A DNA stretch of 64,000 bases from a virus: positions 6,470-70,469 of IMG/VR virus record IMGVR_UViG_3300027749_000100; one strand, 5' to 3'. Shown here one piece after another: positions 21,755-30,281 of this stretch. Below the pieces are notes generated by a model. That model searched no databases, had not been told where the DNA came from, and saw nothing but the letters and a program-made list of their open reading frames with translations. The translations under genes and the position numbers were made by a program. Position 1 is the stretch's first letter. Every line of letters starts with the position of its first letter.

Positions 21755-22169
21755 ACGAGTTTCGCCAATTCTCCCATTCGCGATAATAATGAAGAAGATC
21801 GTCAAACTCGTAGATATTTTCCAGAAACTTGTCAATGCTTCCTGCGGCATATGCAGGAAGAGATCCGGGAGACTGCGTGATAAACTGCAACATGATGCTC
21901 ATCCATGTTGTCTCATAGGTTCTGGTATCAACAGTTGCTCCGTTCAGTGCGGCTGCAACCGCTTTTCCAACCATTCTCTGAGTATTCAAATTTCCACGAA
22001 CAACAAGGATTTTTCCTGCAGGCCCATCAATTTCATGTGGCTTTGTAGGGTCATATGCCTTCTTGTCAGAAGCGAAGGAAATAATTGGCTTTTCCTTTTC
22101 AATATCTACAATCTTGTCCAGTGAATTCTCATTTTCAGTAGGGGTTGGTTCGGTGGATTTTGTAGGCAC
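21747..22169 (-). CDS. Tail assembly chaperone (G-like)
   Basis: 140 aa, GTG start with AGGAG RBS, between tube and tape measure; ends ...WRNSFR*. Confidence 0.75.
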   Translation of the reverse strand: MPTKSTEPTPTENENSLDKIVDIEKEKPIISFASDKKAYDPTKPHEIDGPAGKILVVRGNLNTQRMVGKAVAAALNGATVDTRTYETTWMSIMLQFITQSPGSLPAYAAGSIDKFLENIYEFDDLLHYYREWENWRNSFR

Positions 22170-22205
22170 AATATACTCCTTGAATAGATTACGGGCGACG
22201 TGACC

Positions 22206-22234
22206 AGTATATCACGTCGCCCGCAATTATGCAA
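22206..22234 (-). promoter_or_regulatory. Sigma70-type promoter TTGCAT-N17-TATACT; its -10 lies in the loop of a 12-bp inverted repeat (22192..22223)
   Basis: Minus strand reads TTGCAT aattgcgggcgacgtga TATACT, with an extended -10 TG; arms are CGGGCGACGTGA / TCACGTCGCCCG. Confidence 0.6.
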
Positions 22235-22262
22235 TGAATAAGAAAGTAGTTTGCGTTAACTA

Positions 22263-22856
22263 CTAAACATTTGTACTTGATACAGTGTTGGACAAAGTTC
22301 CCTTTCTGTCCAAAGCATAAAAGGTTACATTATGCATGAGAACTCGATTGGACTGCACATCAAGGTCTCCCGATGCAAAATAACATGACGTGTATTCCAC
22401 GAGAGTTGTCCCAGTTGTTCCAGCAGAAGCATCCACGATTTTAATATCAAACGTCTTGCCATGCAATTCTCGCAGTAACCCAGAGTTCGCAGCTAAGCCA
22501 GTACTTGTATTTGCTGTATTTGCGTCCACTCCGGCTACTCCACTAAAATCTTTTGCTCCGCCAGTTAACCCAATCGTGCCAGACGCAAGAAATCCGAAAT
22601 TACCAGCACCTGTTGGCTCAAGATTTCTCTTGGCCAACGAATCATTCTTGAGTACCATGAGCGTGCAACTAATTTCATGACGAGCATGAGTAGGAACATA
22701 CTCAATAGCCTGAAGCTGACCAAGCACTTGAATTGGCTCAAGCGCATAGTCATCCCTGCATCGCGCAGCCTGAGCAAATCCAATAGGGAGATCATCCATG
22801 TATAGTACGACCTTGCCTCCTACTAATACATTGCTTTTCGATAATGTTGATGCCAT
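22263..22856 (-). CDS. Tail tube protein
   Basis: Follows the sheath gene; IGFAQ....DDYALEPIQVLGQLQAIEYVP...FDIKIVD...LVEYTSC resembles SPO1/Twort-like tube proteins. Confidence 0.85.
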   Translation of the reverse strand: MASTLSKSNVLVGGKVVLYMDDLPIGFAQAARCRDDYALEPIQVLGQLQAIEYVPTHARHEISCTLMVLKNDSLAKRNLEPTGAGNFGFLASGTIGLTGGAKDFSGVAGVDANTANTSTGLAANSGLLRELHGKTFDIKIVDASAGTTGTTLVEYTSCYFASGDLDVQSNRVLMHNVTFYALDRKGTLSNTVSSTNV

Positions 22857-22880
22857 TTATTTTGTCCTTCCCTTTTACTA

Positions 22881-25106
22881 CTACGAAACGTAGGCAGTGA
22901 TGAGTATGTAATTTGCTGGCTTGGCTGGTGAAATATTGAAGTCGATGTAGAACGCATCGCCAACAACTCGCACAACAACGTTCTTGAATGCCGGAAAAAG
23001 TGTCGGATTGGTCGGATCTGCCACAATCAATCCATTCTGTTCCGCTTGACCAAGCACACTGGTGACAATTGACTGGAGTGCTGATTGCAAGAACACTGTG
23101 GACTTGGATCCAATTTTCGACACAACCGCATCTCGCACTCTCTTGGAAACCGCATCAGCAGCCCGCAAGGTAGAGACTTCCCGTCGCGCAAACTTGGTGT
23201 CTCCCGTCCATGTTGTCAGTGACTGAACAATGACAAATCCGCGGACAGGATCATTCTTGTACGTAAACACTCCGCCATTCACAAGATTGTCGATGGTTGC
23301 AATGGAAGAAATTGTTTCAATGCCAGATATGGGAATGGTCTTGTTTGTGAGTGGTTCAGCCGGATCAGTTTGCGAAGACAGCAGCCCAGCAACTTGCGCC
23401 GCAGCGTAATATGGAGGATATGTCTGCAGATTTCCAGACACATCATAATCCTTGACGCCCGGCCACACCCGCACAACACGCTTGCTATTCATCGACGCAG
23501 CGTTGAGAATTGCATTTGCAGCAGTTTCTCCAAGATCCGCACCACAAACAGCCAGTTTCTCAAACTTGCCGGTAACCGAAGACATATACTCGACATGGGA
23601 CTGTGCCGTCTTGTGATACGTCAGATTACCCGTCATCGGAACGACGAAATATGCAGGAACATTTTGCAAGACACTGAATGCATTTGTCCAGTCAGTAGCA
23701 GTAATGGTTCCATCATCGGCACCAGCAAATCCGTATGTATTATTATCAATGCTGCCATAATTAGCCGTCAATGTTGCAACAAGGAATGTTCCCAAAATTG
23801 GCCCATTCAATGCGTTAACCATTGCCTGTCCGTTTGCCGCCAATGTAAGATATGTCTGCGTTGCCGCGGCGTTAATTGTTGCGTCTGTAACACGATCCAA
23901 TCCGGCACAAAGTTGCGAACCCGATTCTCCGGTTACAACAGCGGCGAGCAATCCTGCCGTTGTTAACGAAAACGTGCTATTGATAATCGCAACGAGATTA
24001 TCCAGTCTGGAATAATCGGCGAAAAGGAAAGTTGCCGACTTTGTGCTAGTTCCAATTGTAGCACCCGTTGCATACGTGACAGCAGAAGAATTGTACGTAA
24101 CCCTGTACGTTGCACCAGACGCTCCCAATGTTCCACTTGAGAGAGTTAGCACTGCTGTGTTAATTGCAGTTGTGCTTCCAGTAATAGTGTCTCCGATACG
24201 TATCATTCCAGAAGACGCAGTAGTTACTGTTAGTGTTGATGTCGTCACAGTGGTAGGTATAGCATACCCATTGGTTCCCGCCGTGGTTCCCGACACGATC
24301 ACACTTGCGCCATATCCTGCGCCCCCGCTAACAATAGTCAAACCAGTTACTGCCCCATTTGTTCCTGTCCCGTTGATCTGTAGTATTGCGCTTGTAGTTG
24401 GCGTGGCACTTAATCCTATTGACCCGACGGTTACCTGATCCCCGACAGTATACAGTGTTCCTGCTACTCGAATTGCTGCCGCGGTAATGACTCCGCTGGC
24501 ATCTGTAGTCATGTCAACAGTCAATCCTGATCCGTTAGCAATTCCTCCGGTGAATGTCGATGTGGTACTGATCGTCACGCCAGTTCCGCTAATGGTAACT
24601 TTTCCACCTGCGGTTCCGGTACCAATGATTTTCAGCCAATTTTCGCCAATATTATCAACCGCGTAACTACGATTGTCGTGTAACGTAAGAGTAGCCTTCT
24701 TGGTTCCCGCATTTGTTCCCGTACTAGTTACGAGATACCACGACTTCGCAAACTTCCCGTACTCGTTTGTCGTAGCGGCAATGGCATTTACCCCTCCGCT
24801 GGTAATATTTGTGGTTCCCGGAGTGGCTGCTCCGACACGGACACCGTAGACCGTTCCCGCTCCGGCATTCAACGCTCGCGAAATTCCATCCACCAGTGGG
24901 TAGTTGGTTCCGCCATTGCCGTAAATCGCAGCCGCACTGGCGGCATCGGTAAAGGCAAGCGCCGTATTTGGCTGTCCCCGTTCAGCGATACCGACAATGG
25001 AAACCGCGTTTGGGGTATTGGTTAGAAAAGATGTGGCTTGCGCATCATCAATATAAGAGGCTACTCCCGGAGCAGATAACACGACACCTCTGAATCCTAC
25101 TGACAT
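22881..25106 (-). CDS. Contractile tail sheath protein with T/G/A-rich inserted domains
   Basis: IVGIAERGQPN, DWTNAFSVL, PPYYAAAQVAGL....PAEPLTNK, IVQSLTT, REVS..RAAD and ISPAKPANYILIT sheath motifs. Confidence 0.92.
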   Translation of the reverse strand: MSVGFRGVVLSAPGVASYIDDAQATSFLTNTPNAVSIVGIAERGQPNTALAFTDAASAAAIYGNGGTNYPLVDGISRALNAGAGTVYGVRVGAATPGTTNITSGGVNAIAATTNEYGKFAKSWYLVTSTGTNAGTKKATLTLHDNRSYAVDNIGENWLKIIGTGTAGGKVTISGTGVTISTTSTFTGGIANGSGLTVDMTTDASGVITAAAIRVAGTLYTVGDQVTVGSIGLSATPTTSAILQINGTGTNGAVTGLTIVSGGAGYGASVIVSGTTAGTNGYAIPTTVTTSTLTVTTASSGMIRIGDTITGSTTAINTAVLTLSSGTLGASGATYRVTYNSSAVTYATGATIGTSTKSATFLFADYSRLDNLVAIINSTFSLTTAGLLAAVVTGESGSQLCAGLDRVTDATINAAATQTYLTLAANGQAMVNALNGPILGTFLVATLTANYGSIDNNTYGFAGADDGTITATDWTNAFSVLQNVPAYFVVPMTGNLTYHKTAQSHVEYMSSVTGKFEKLAVCGADLGETAANAILNAASMNSKRVVRVWPGVKDYDVSGNLQTYPPYYAAAQVAGLLSSQTDPAEPLTNKTIPISGIETISSIATIDNLVNGGVFTYKNDPVRGFVIVQSLTTWTGDTKFARREVSTLRAADAVSKRVRDAVVSKIGSKSTVFLQSALQSIVTSVLGQAEQNGLIVADPTNPTLFPAFKNVVVRVVGDAFYIDFNISPAKPANYILITAYVS

Positions 25107-25171
25107 TTTGTGTACTCCTTATAATATAGTTTCTCATACTCAACGTAGTATTTACTATATTCTCTCATTTT

Positions 25172-25522
25172 TCAGATGTCGTGCAGCCACCTTGTCAGTT
25201 CCAAGTACCACAGAGAAGGGGTGAGCAGCACCAACCCTTTCTGTTGTGCGTAGAACGCAAATGTTCCGAGAACTTCTGGCTCATGACTCTTTTCGGTGGC
25301 TACCCACTGCTCCAGAAATACTGGACGCTCTTCTGATCGCCATGGCGATGGCTCAACTGGTTCCGGCTGGATTTCTTCTTCCGCCTGAATTTCTTCTACT
25401 GCATCAACGGAAATTTCCTCGGTTGACGCAACAACGGTTTCTTCGGCAACAACTTCCACGGGCGTTTCCTCCACTTGGACTTCTTCGACTAACGCGGCTG
25501 GCTGACTTGCATTTCTGGCCAT
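25172..25522 (-). CDS. Small acidic hypothetical protein
   Basis: AGGAGA RBS; Glu-rich N-terminal half; precedes the sheath gene. Confidence 0.6.
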   Translation of the reverse strand: MARNASQPAALVEEVQVEETPVEVVAEETVVASTEEISVDAVEEIQAEEEIQPEPVEPSPWRSEERPVFLEQWVATEKSHEPEVLGTFAFYAQQKGLVLLTPSLWYLELTRWLHDI

Positions 25523-25548
25523 TTCATTCTCCTTGCGTCATGTATTGA

Positions 25549-26205
25549 TTAATTTGTTTCTACGTTGCCCACATCGATTGATAACGCAAACCCTTGCTTG
25601 CCGTACATTCTTCCTGTCCATGTATGCAGATAGGTGCAAGACACACTGAGTGTCCTTGCAAAAGCCGACGTTGGCAAATAGGATTCATCAGGACGCAAGT
25701 CAGTTCCGCTATACGAAAGTTCACCAATTCCGTAATCACTAAATGTAATGATATTCTCCTCCCCAATTGGAGGCGTTTCGCCTTCGTACATTGCTCGTTC
25801 CAGAAGGCAGTACATTGCTGTCAGCATGTCTGCGTTCGGGGCCATGAGGACAAATCTAAAAGTGCCCGTTTTTAACCGGGCACTTTCCTTCCAGTATTCC
25901 TGTGGAGTAAGATCGTCTGGTTCGTAGCCTATGCCTTCTCCGGCATAATTTCCAAGTATGTGCTGACGATCACTATCCGCATCAACGACGAGGCTGATAA
26001 TTGGTGGAGGCTGCGTCAAGACAGAATACCCGCTTCCTATTTTCCATACATATCGATCATCTTGCAACCATTTTTTGATCATTTCCCGCCCGCGTTCATC
26101 AATGAACGCAAGTGTCTCGTCAACCTTCCACAGATTCTGACCTGATTTCAATAGATTGTAGAACTCAATAACCCTGTTCTTGAAAACATATTCTGGCACT
26201 GACAT
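25549..26205 (-). CDS. Tail completion / terminator-like protein
   Basis: Position upstream of the sheath; P.ISLVVD.D...LGN and FARTLSVSCTY pattern. Confidence 0.6.
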   Translation of the reverse strand: MSVPEYVFKNRVIEFYNLLKSGQNLWKVDETLAFIDERGREMIKKWLQDDRYVWKIGSGYSVLTQPPPIISLVVDADSDRQHILGNYAGEGIGYEPDDLTPQEYWKESARLKTGTFRFVLMAPNADMLTAMYCLLERAMYEGETPPIGEENIITFSDYGIGELSYSGTDLRPDESYLPTSAFARTLSVSCTYLHTWTGRMYGKQGFALSIDVGNVETN

Positions 26206-26210
26206 TAGTG

Positions 26211-26621
26211 TTACTTTGCAATTGCCGCAAGATACACCGTGGTTGATGCAGTGAGCGCAGTACTGACAGAAAATCGATAATATCGGAATGGATACTCAGA
26301 CGTGCATGTCGTTACCGGAGTTGCAACAGAAATGGCAGAACTAATGGGCGTCCATGCCATTCCAGTAACGGAACCTTGCAATGTGATTGCTCCTGTTCCA
26401 GCGCCAACGTTGGCAATCTCAACGGTAAAGTGTGTCTTGCCCGACAGTTCATAGGAATCGCTTACATACGCCGTTGTTGCCGACGCCAAGTTTGTCCATA
26501 CCGGAATTACCAGAAGATTTTTCGCGAGAAAGAATCTTCTTTGTGCTTCTTGCATATCATCTATGATATGCGCGGAAGCATTATTTTCATGTAATTTTTT
26601 TAGCGCAATTTCACCGGCCAT
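26211..26621 (-). CDS. Hypothetical virion protein (small beta-sandwich)
   Basis: ITLQGSVTGMAWT...PFRYYRFSV pattern; upstream extended -10 TGATATACT. Confidence 0.55.
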   Translation of the reverse strand: MAGEIALKKLHENNASAHIIDDMQEAQRRFFLAKNLLVIPVWTNLASATTAYVSDSYELSGKTHFTVEIANVGAGTGAITLQGSVTGMAWTPISSAISVATPVTTCTSEYPFRYYRFSVSTALTASTTVYLAAIAK

Positions 26622-26650
26622 TTTTCATCCTATCTTGCAGTACTGTTTCT

Positions 26651-26659
26651 AGTATATCA
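26651..26659 (-). promoter_or_regulatory. Extended -10 element TGATATACT
   Basis: Identical to the -10 region at 22206..22214; intergenic, ~30 nt upstream of a start codon. Confidence 0.4.
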
Positions 26660-26675
26660 CTTTTTATTGAGGTTT

Positions 26676-29093
26676 TTATTTTTTATTTTTTTCTTCAAGT
26701 GCAAATATTCTGGATGTCAAATTTTCTATTTCTAATGATAATTCCTTGAACGCATTTACCAATGCCCACATGAGATCACTGGCGTTGATGTTGTAGATTT
26801 GCGTTTCTATTTCTTCGCCATTTTCTGATTTTTCCTTGTATGTATACGTTCCAACCATTTCGGGCCAAGAAGACAATATTTCCTGCGCAATTACTGAGAC
26901 ATGATCCTTGCCGTCATCTTTTGATCCAAATTTTCCATTCAGGCGATACACGACTGGATTCAATTGCTTGATGGCACTTAGGCCTTTGACATAGGGATGA
27001 AGAACTGTCTTGATTCGAGAGTCGGAAGCGATGGTCCATGTATCTGTGTCCGGCTTGGATGCAGAATCTGTATTAACAACAAGTGAAGAACATTGCATTA
27101 TGCCGAACAAGCCCACGTTCCATATTTGTGTGGCATACACATTGTGACAAAAAACACCGTCTGCTATGTTGACCAGACATGCGTCTTGGTATGGGCCATT
27201 AGCAAAAGGAGTTATAGATGCAGAAACAGTTCCATCCCAACGAGCTCCAATCATCGAATCAATAGAAAATGTTCCAATGTTAAATGGTCCATAATCCTCT
27301 GATGGGTACAAATAATGTGATGCCGCATGAGGCTCCATGGTTAGTGTTTGATTGCTTGATCCATCAAATTTATTTAAAAGAGCATCCGTGGTGGCTATAT
27401 TCATATAAAGTCCTCTGTCCCAAGGATAGAGTTCTGTTTCGCTGGCTGTGCCCATATAGTTAGTGGAAAATGGATAAGAAGTGATTCCTGAAAATGATGG
27501 AGGATCGGGTGGTGTTCCATCTGCTATGGCTGTAATTCTTCCGTATGTATCAACAGTGATGTTTGAGTTTACAAAAGAACCGGGATTTAAATATGACTGA
27601 GTATTATACATGAAAATATTGTTTGATCCATAATTAAGAACGTATACGATGTTATTTAACATAATAATTGAAGTTGGATTGAGATCGGAATTTTGCGATT
27701 CAAGATATGTCAAATTTCCAAAAGTTAGATCAATAACAAATAAATCTACAAGCCCTGTTGAATTGGCAATAGTTTTACAAACAAACAAATGTGTTCCTGC
27801 AGAATTTACACAACTTGACGAAAAAGATTCTGAATAATTGGCGTTAAATGTGTGCAGTAACGAAAGAGAATAATAATTGTCATATATAAATGTTACAATT
27901 CGGTCAGTACACGTAGCGTAAAGAAAATAACATTCAGGATTATTTGTTGCAACAAACTCTAAATCTTGAAGAACTCCACCAGTTTCTACCGATGTAACAT
28001 GTGTCAATTCTCCAGTTTCTGCATTAATAGCGTATTGGCGCAAATATCCATCTGAACATCCTACAAGAAGATTTTCATTAAATTTGTCAACAATCATTGT
28101 TGTTGGGGAAACATATGCCGCCAAACTATATGCAAGAGTAAGCGTTCCATCTTCATTGATAAAATATGAATTTATGTAATCTCCACCAATGAAAAGAAAT
28201 TTTGATTTATCCGTTTTTCTCAGCCATTCTGAAGCTGATGACAAAGAATCTACAGCAATAACAGTAGTGTTATTGCATGTTGATCCAATAGTATTATCAA
28301 AATAAGTTAATGTTCCAGAATAATCAGTATAATAACTTGATATTCCGTTATTGATTGGAGTAAGAACATATACAACTTCCGTTTTAGATGTATTGGTTGT
28401 TTGAGCAACAACTACTGATTTTTGATTGTCATTTAATACAAACGCCCCATTAGTCTGTTCTGACACAAGAGACAAATTTCCCGAAGATTGATCAATGGAG
28501 TAGGCGGCTAGTGTCATACCAGCCCTCACGTAAAGAACCATGTCTGCTGTACTATTATTTTGTTGTCCAGTCACCGTAAGAACCGTCATTGACCTTGGCC
28601 CTACTCCTCCATTTCCACTATTTGATCCAGTTAATGTGGAATAAGAAGTATTGAAAGTTAATTTTACATAGTTATAATTTGTTAGTGAAATATCATTCAT
28701 TAACAATGTTCTTGGGGCAGCGCCACCATTCCAAAAACCAATAGTGTTTGTTGATTCATCTTGTATTTGCAAAGATGAATTAGAAGACAATTTATTAAAC
28801 ATTGATCCTAGCGCAATTGAAGATATTGTAGAATTTTGCAACTTATTATTTGTAATTGTCAAATTTTGAATTTGCTGATTGTATATTTTTCCAGACAATG
28901 TTCCTTGATTGTCAACAGTCTCGTTGTTTGTTGCCACAAGATATCCGGTCAAATCTGGAAGATAATGCGTAGCGGCTCCTGCAACAGCAGGAGCAATTAA
29001 ATTGACATCTCCGGTGTAGTATCCTCCTAATTGAAGGGAAAGATTTACACCAGAACATGCCAACGCCCGTGTTGCGCCTCCATAAAGCGGCAT
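26676..29093 (-). CDS. Fibre protein with divergent beta-propeller insert and C-terminal intramolecular chaperone (peptidase S74-like)
   Basis: SDSRIK...LSAIKQLNPVVYR...VIAQE chaperone motif; blades such as YSIDQSSGNLSL and YAINAETGELTH. Confidence 0.8.
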   Translation of the reverse strand: MPLYGGATRALACSGVNLSLQLGGYYTGDVNLIAPAVAGAATHYLPDLTGYLVATNNETVDNQGTLSGKIYNQQIQNLTITNNKLQNSTISSIALGSMFNKLSSNSSLQIQDESTNTIGFWNGGAAPRTLLMNDISLTNYNYVKLTFNTSYSTLTGSNSGNGGVGPRSMTVLTVTGQQNNSTADMVLYVRAGMTLAAYSIDQSSGNLSLVSEQTNGAFVLNDNQKSVVVAQTTNTSKTEVVYVLTPINNGISSYYTDYSGTLTYFDNTIGSTCNNTTVIAVDSLSSASEWLRKTDKSKFLFIGGDYINSYFINEDGTLTLAYSLAAYVSPTTMIVDKFNENLLVGCSDGYLRQYAINAETGELTHVTSVETGGVLQDLEFVATNNPECYFLYATCTDRIVTFIYDNYYSLSLLHTFNANYSESFSSSCVNSAGTHLFVCKTIANSTGLVDLFVIDLTFGNLTYLESQNSDLNPTSIIMLNNIVYVLNYGSNNIFMYNTQSYLNPGSFVNSNITVDTYGRITAIADGTPPDPPSFSGITSYPFSTNYMGTASETELYPWDRGLYMNIATTDALLNKFDGSSNQTLTMEPHAASHYLYPSEDYGPFNIGTFSIDSMIGARWDGTVSASITPFANGPYQDACLVNIADGVFCHNVYATQIWNVGLFGIMQCSSLVVNTDSASKPDTDTWTIASDSRIKTVLHPYVKGLSAIKQLNPVVYRLNGKFGSKDDGKDHVSVIAQEILSSWPEMVGTYTYKEKSENGEEIETQIYNINASDLMWALVNAFKELSLEIENLTSRIFALEEKNKK

Positions 29094-30269
29094 TTATTGA
29101 GCCGCCTCAAGTATTGCCGCTCGTGCTTTCAGTGCATCCACTTGTGCCGATAATTCCTTAACTGCATTTACCATCGCCCACTTTATATCATTTGCATTGA
29201 TATTATAAAGTTCTGTAGAAATTTCTGTTCCATCATCCTTTTTTTCAACATGCGTGTATGTTCCAACCATTTCAGGCCACGAAACTGCCGCCTCTTGTGC
29301 AATCACTGAAACGTGATCTTTTCCGTTGTCTTTTGATCCGTACAAGCCATTGAGCCTATATACTACAGGGTTTAATTGCTTAATGGCAGAAAGTCCTTTT
29401 TGATACAAATGAAGAACGTTTTTTACTCTTGAATCAGAAGTAATTGTCCATAAATCAGTAGCTGGCTTTGTTGCGTTATCGGTGTTTACAATAAGTGAAT
29501 TGCACTGAATTTCATAAAGTGCAGTAACATTTTGCGCATATATTCCAGCGTAATCAGTAGCAAAATCAACATAATTGCTTTCTGTTTTTTTTAAAGTTAA
29601 TATTGCTGCCTCTGAGCCATCATAAAAGTCGAGTATACCGGTCATGCCCACAGTGCTAAATTGAAGAGCTCCATAGGTAGTCAATTGAGAAAGATGCTCA
29701 ATGCCTCTAGACACCGTTACTTCTGATGAACCATCCCAACTTGTAACAATATTTTGACTTGTATCTAATGCAACAAGTCCTGTTCCGAAATTCAACGGAT
29801 ATGACGTTGTTCCATTTACAGAACCTCCTGACGCTCCTCCGTTTGATGCAGCGGTCACTCGCCCATATTGATCAACAGTCAGGGAAGCGTCGGTATAGGT
29901 GCCTGCGGGATTTGAAGCAAGCGGTTTCAACGAGATGGTTTTTGCGGCCGATCCATTATATGTTGTTCCACTATTTAACATTAGCGTATTGTTGTCAACA
30001 GTGAGATTAAACAAATTTGATCCCAAAGACACTCCAGATATGCTTGAGTTAGCCAATTTCCCATTGGCAATGGGTCCTGCCAGCATTGAGTTTGTAACCG
30101 TGCCAGTATCGCCGGATCCGATCAATGTGCCGGAAGCCGCCGGAAGCTGGAGTGTTACTCCGGTTGTTCCCGCTGGAGCAGCATAAATAGTTGCTGACCC
30201 GCTGGTTGACCCATACAACGTCAAGGATGCTCCAGTAAATGCTTTTGTCAGTCCCCCGTATGAAGGCAT
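29094..30269 (-). CDS. Fibre protein with C-terminal intramolecular chaperone (peptidase S74-like)
   Basis: SDSRVKN...LSAIKQLNPVVYR...VIAQE followed by a coiled coil; shaft motif TVDQYGRVTAASNG. Confidence 0.8.
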   Translation of the reverse strand: MPSYGGLTKAFTGASLTLYGSTSGSATIYAAPAGTTGVTLQLPAASGTLIGSGDTGTVTNSMLAGPIANGKLANSSISGVSLGSNLFNLTVDNNTLMLNSGTTYNGSAAKTISLKPLASNPAGTYTDASLTVDQYGRVTAASNGGASGGSVNGTTSYPLNFGTGLVALDTSQNIVTSWDGSSEVTVSRGIEHLSQLTTYGALQFSTVGMTGILDFYDGSEAAILTLKKTESNYVDFATDYAGIYAQNVTALYEIQCNSLIVNTDNATKPATDLWTITSDSRVKNVLHLYQKGLSAIKQLNPVVYRLNGLYGSKDNGKDHVSVIAQEAAVSWPEMVGTYTHVEKKDDGTEISTELYNINANDIKWAMVNAVKELSAQVDALKARAAILEAAQ

Positions 30270-30281
30270 TTTGGTTCTCCT

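Noticed and set aside
5963-26205. Bacterial contractile injection system (eCIS, tailocin or T6SS)
   Set aside because: Capsid, protease, scaffold and neck genes are co-oriented in the same region, so this is a phage.
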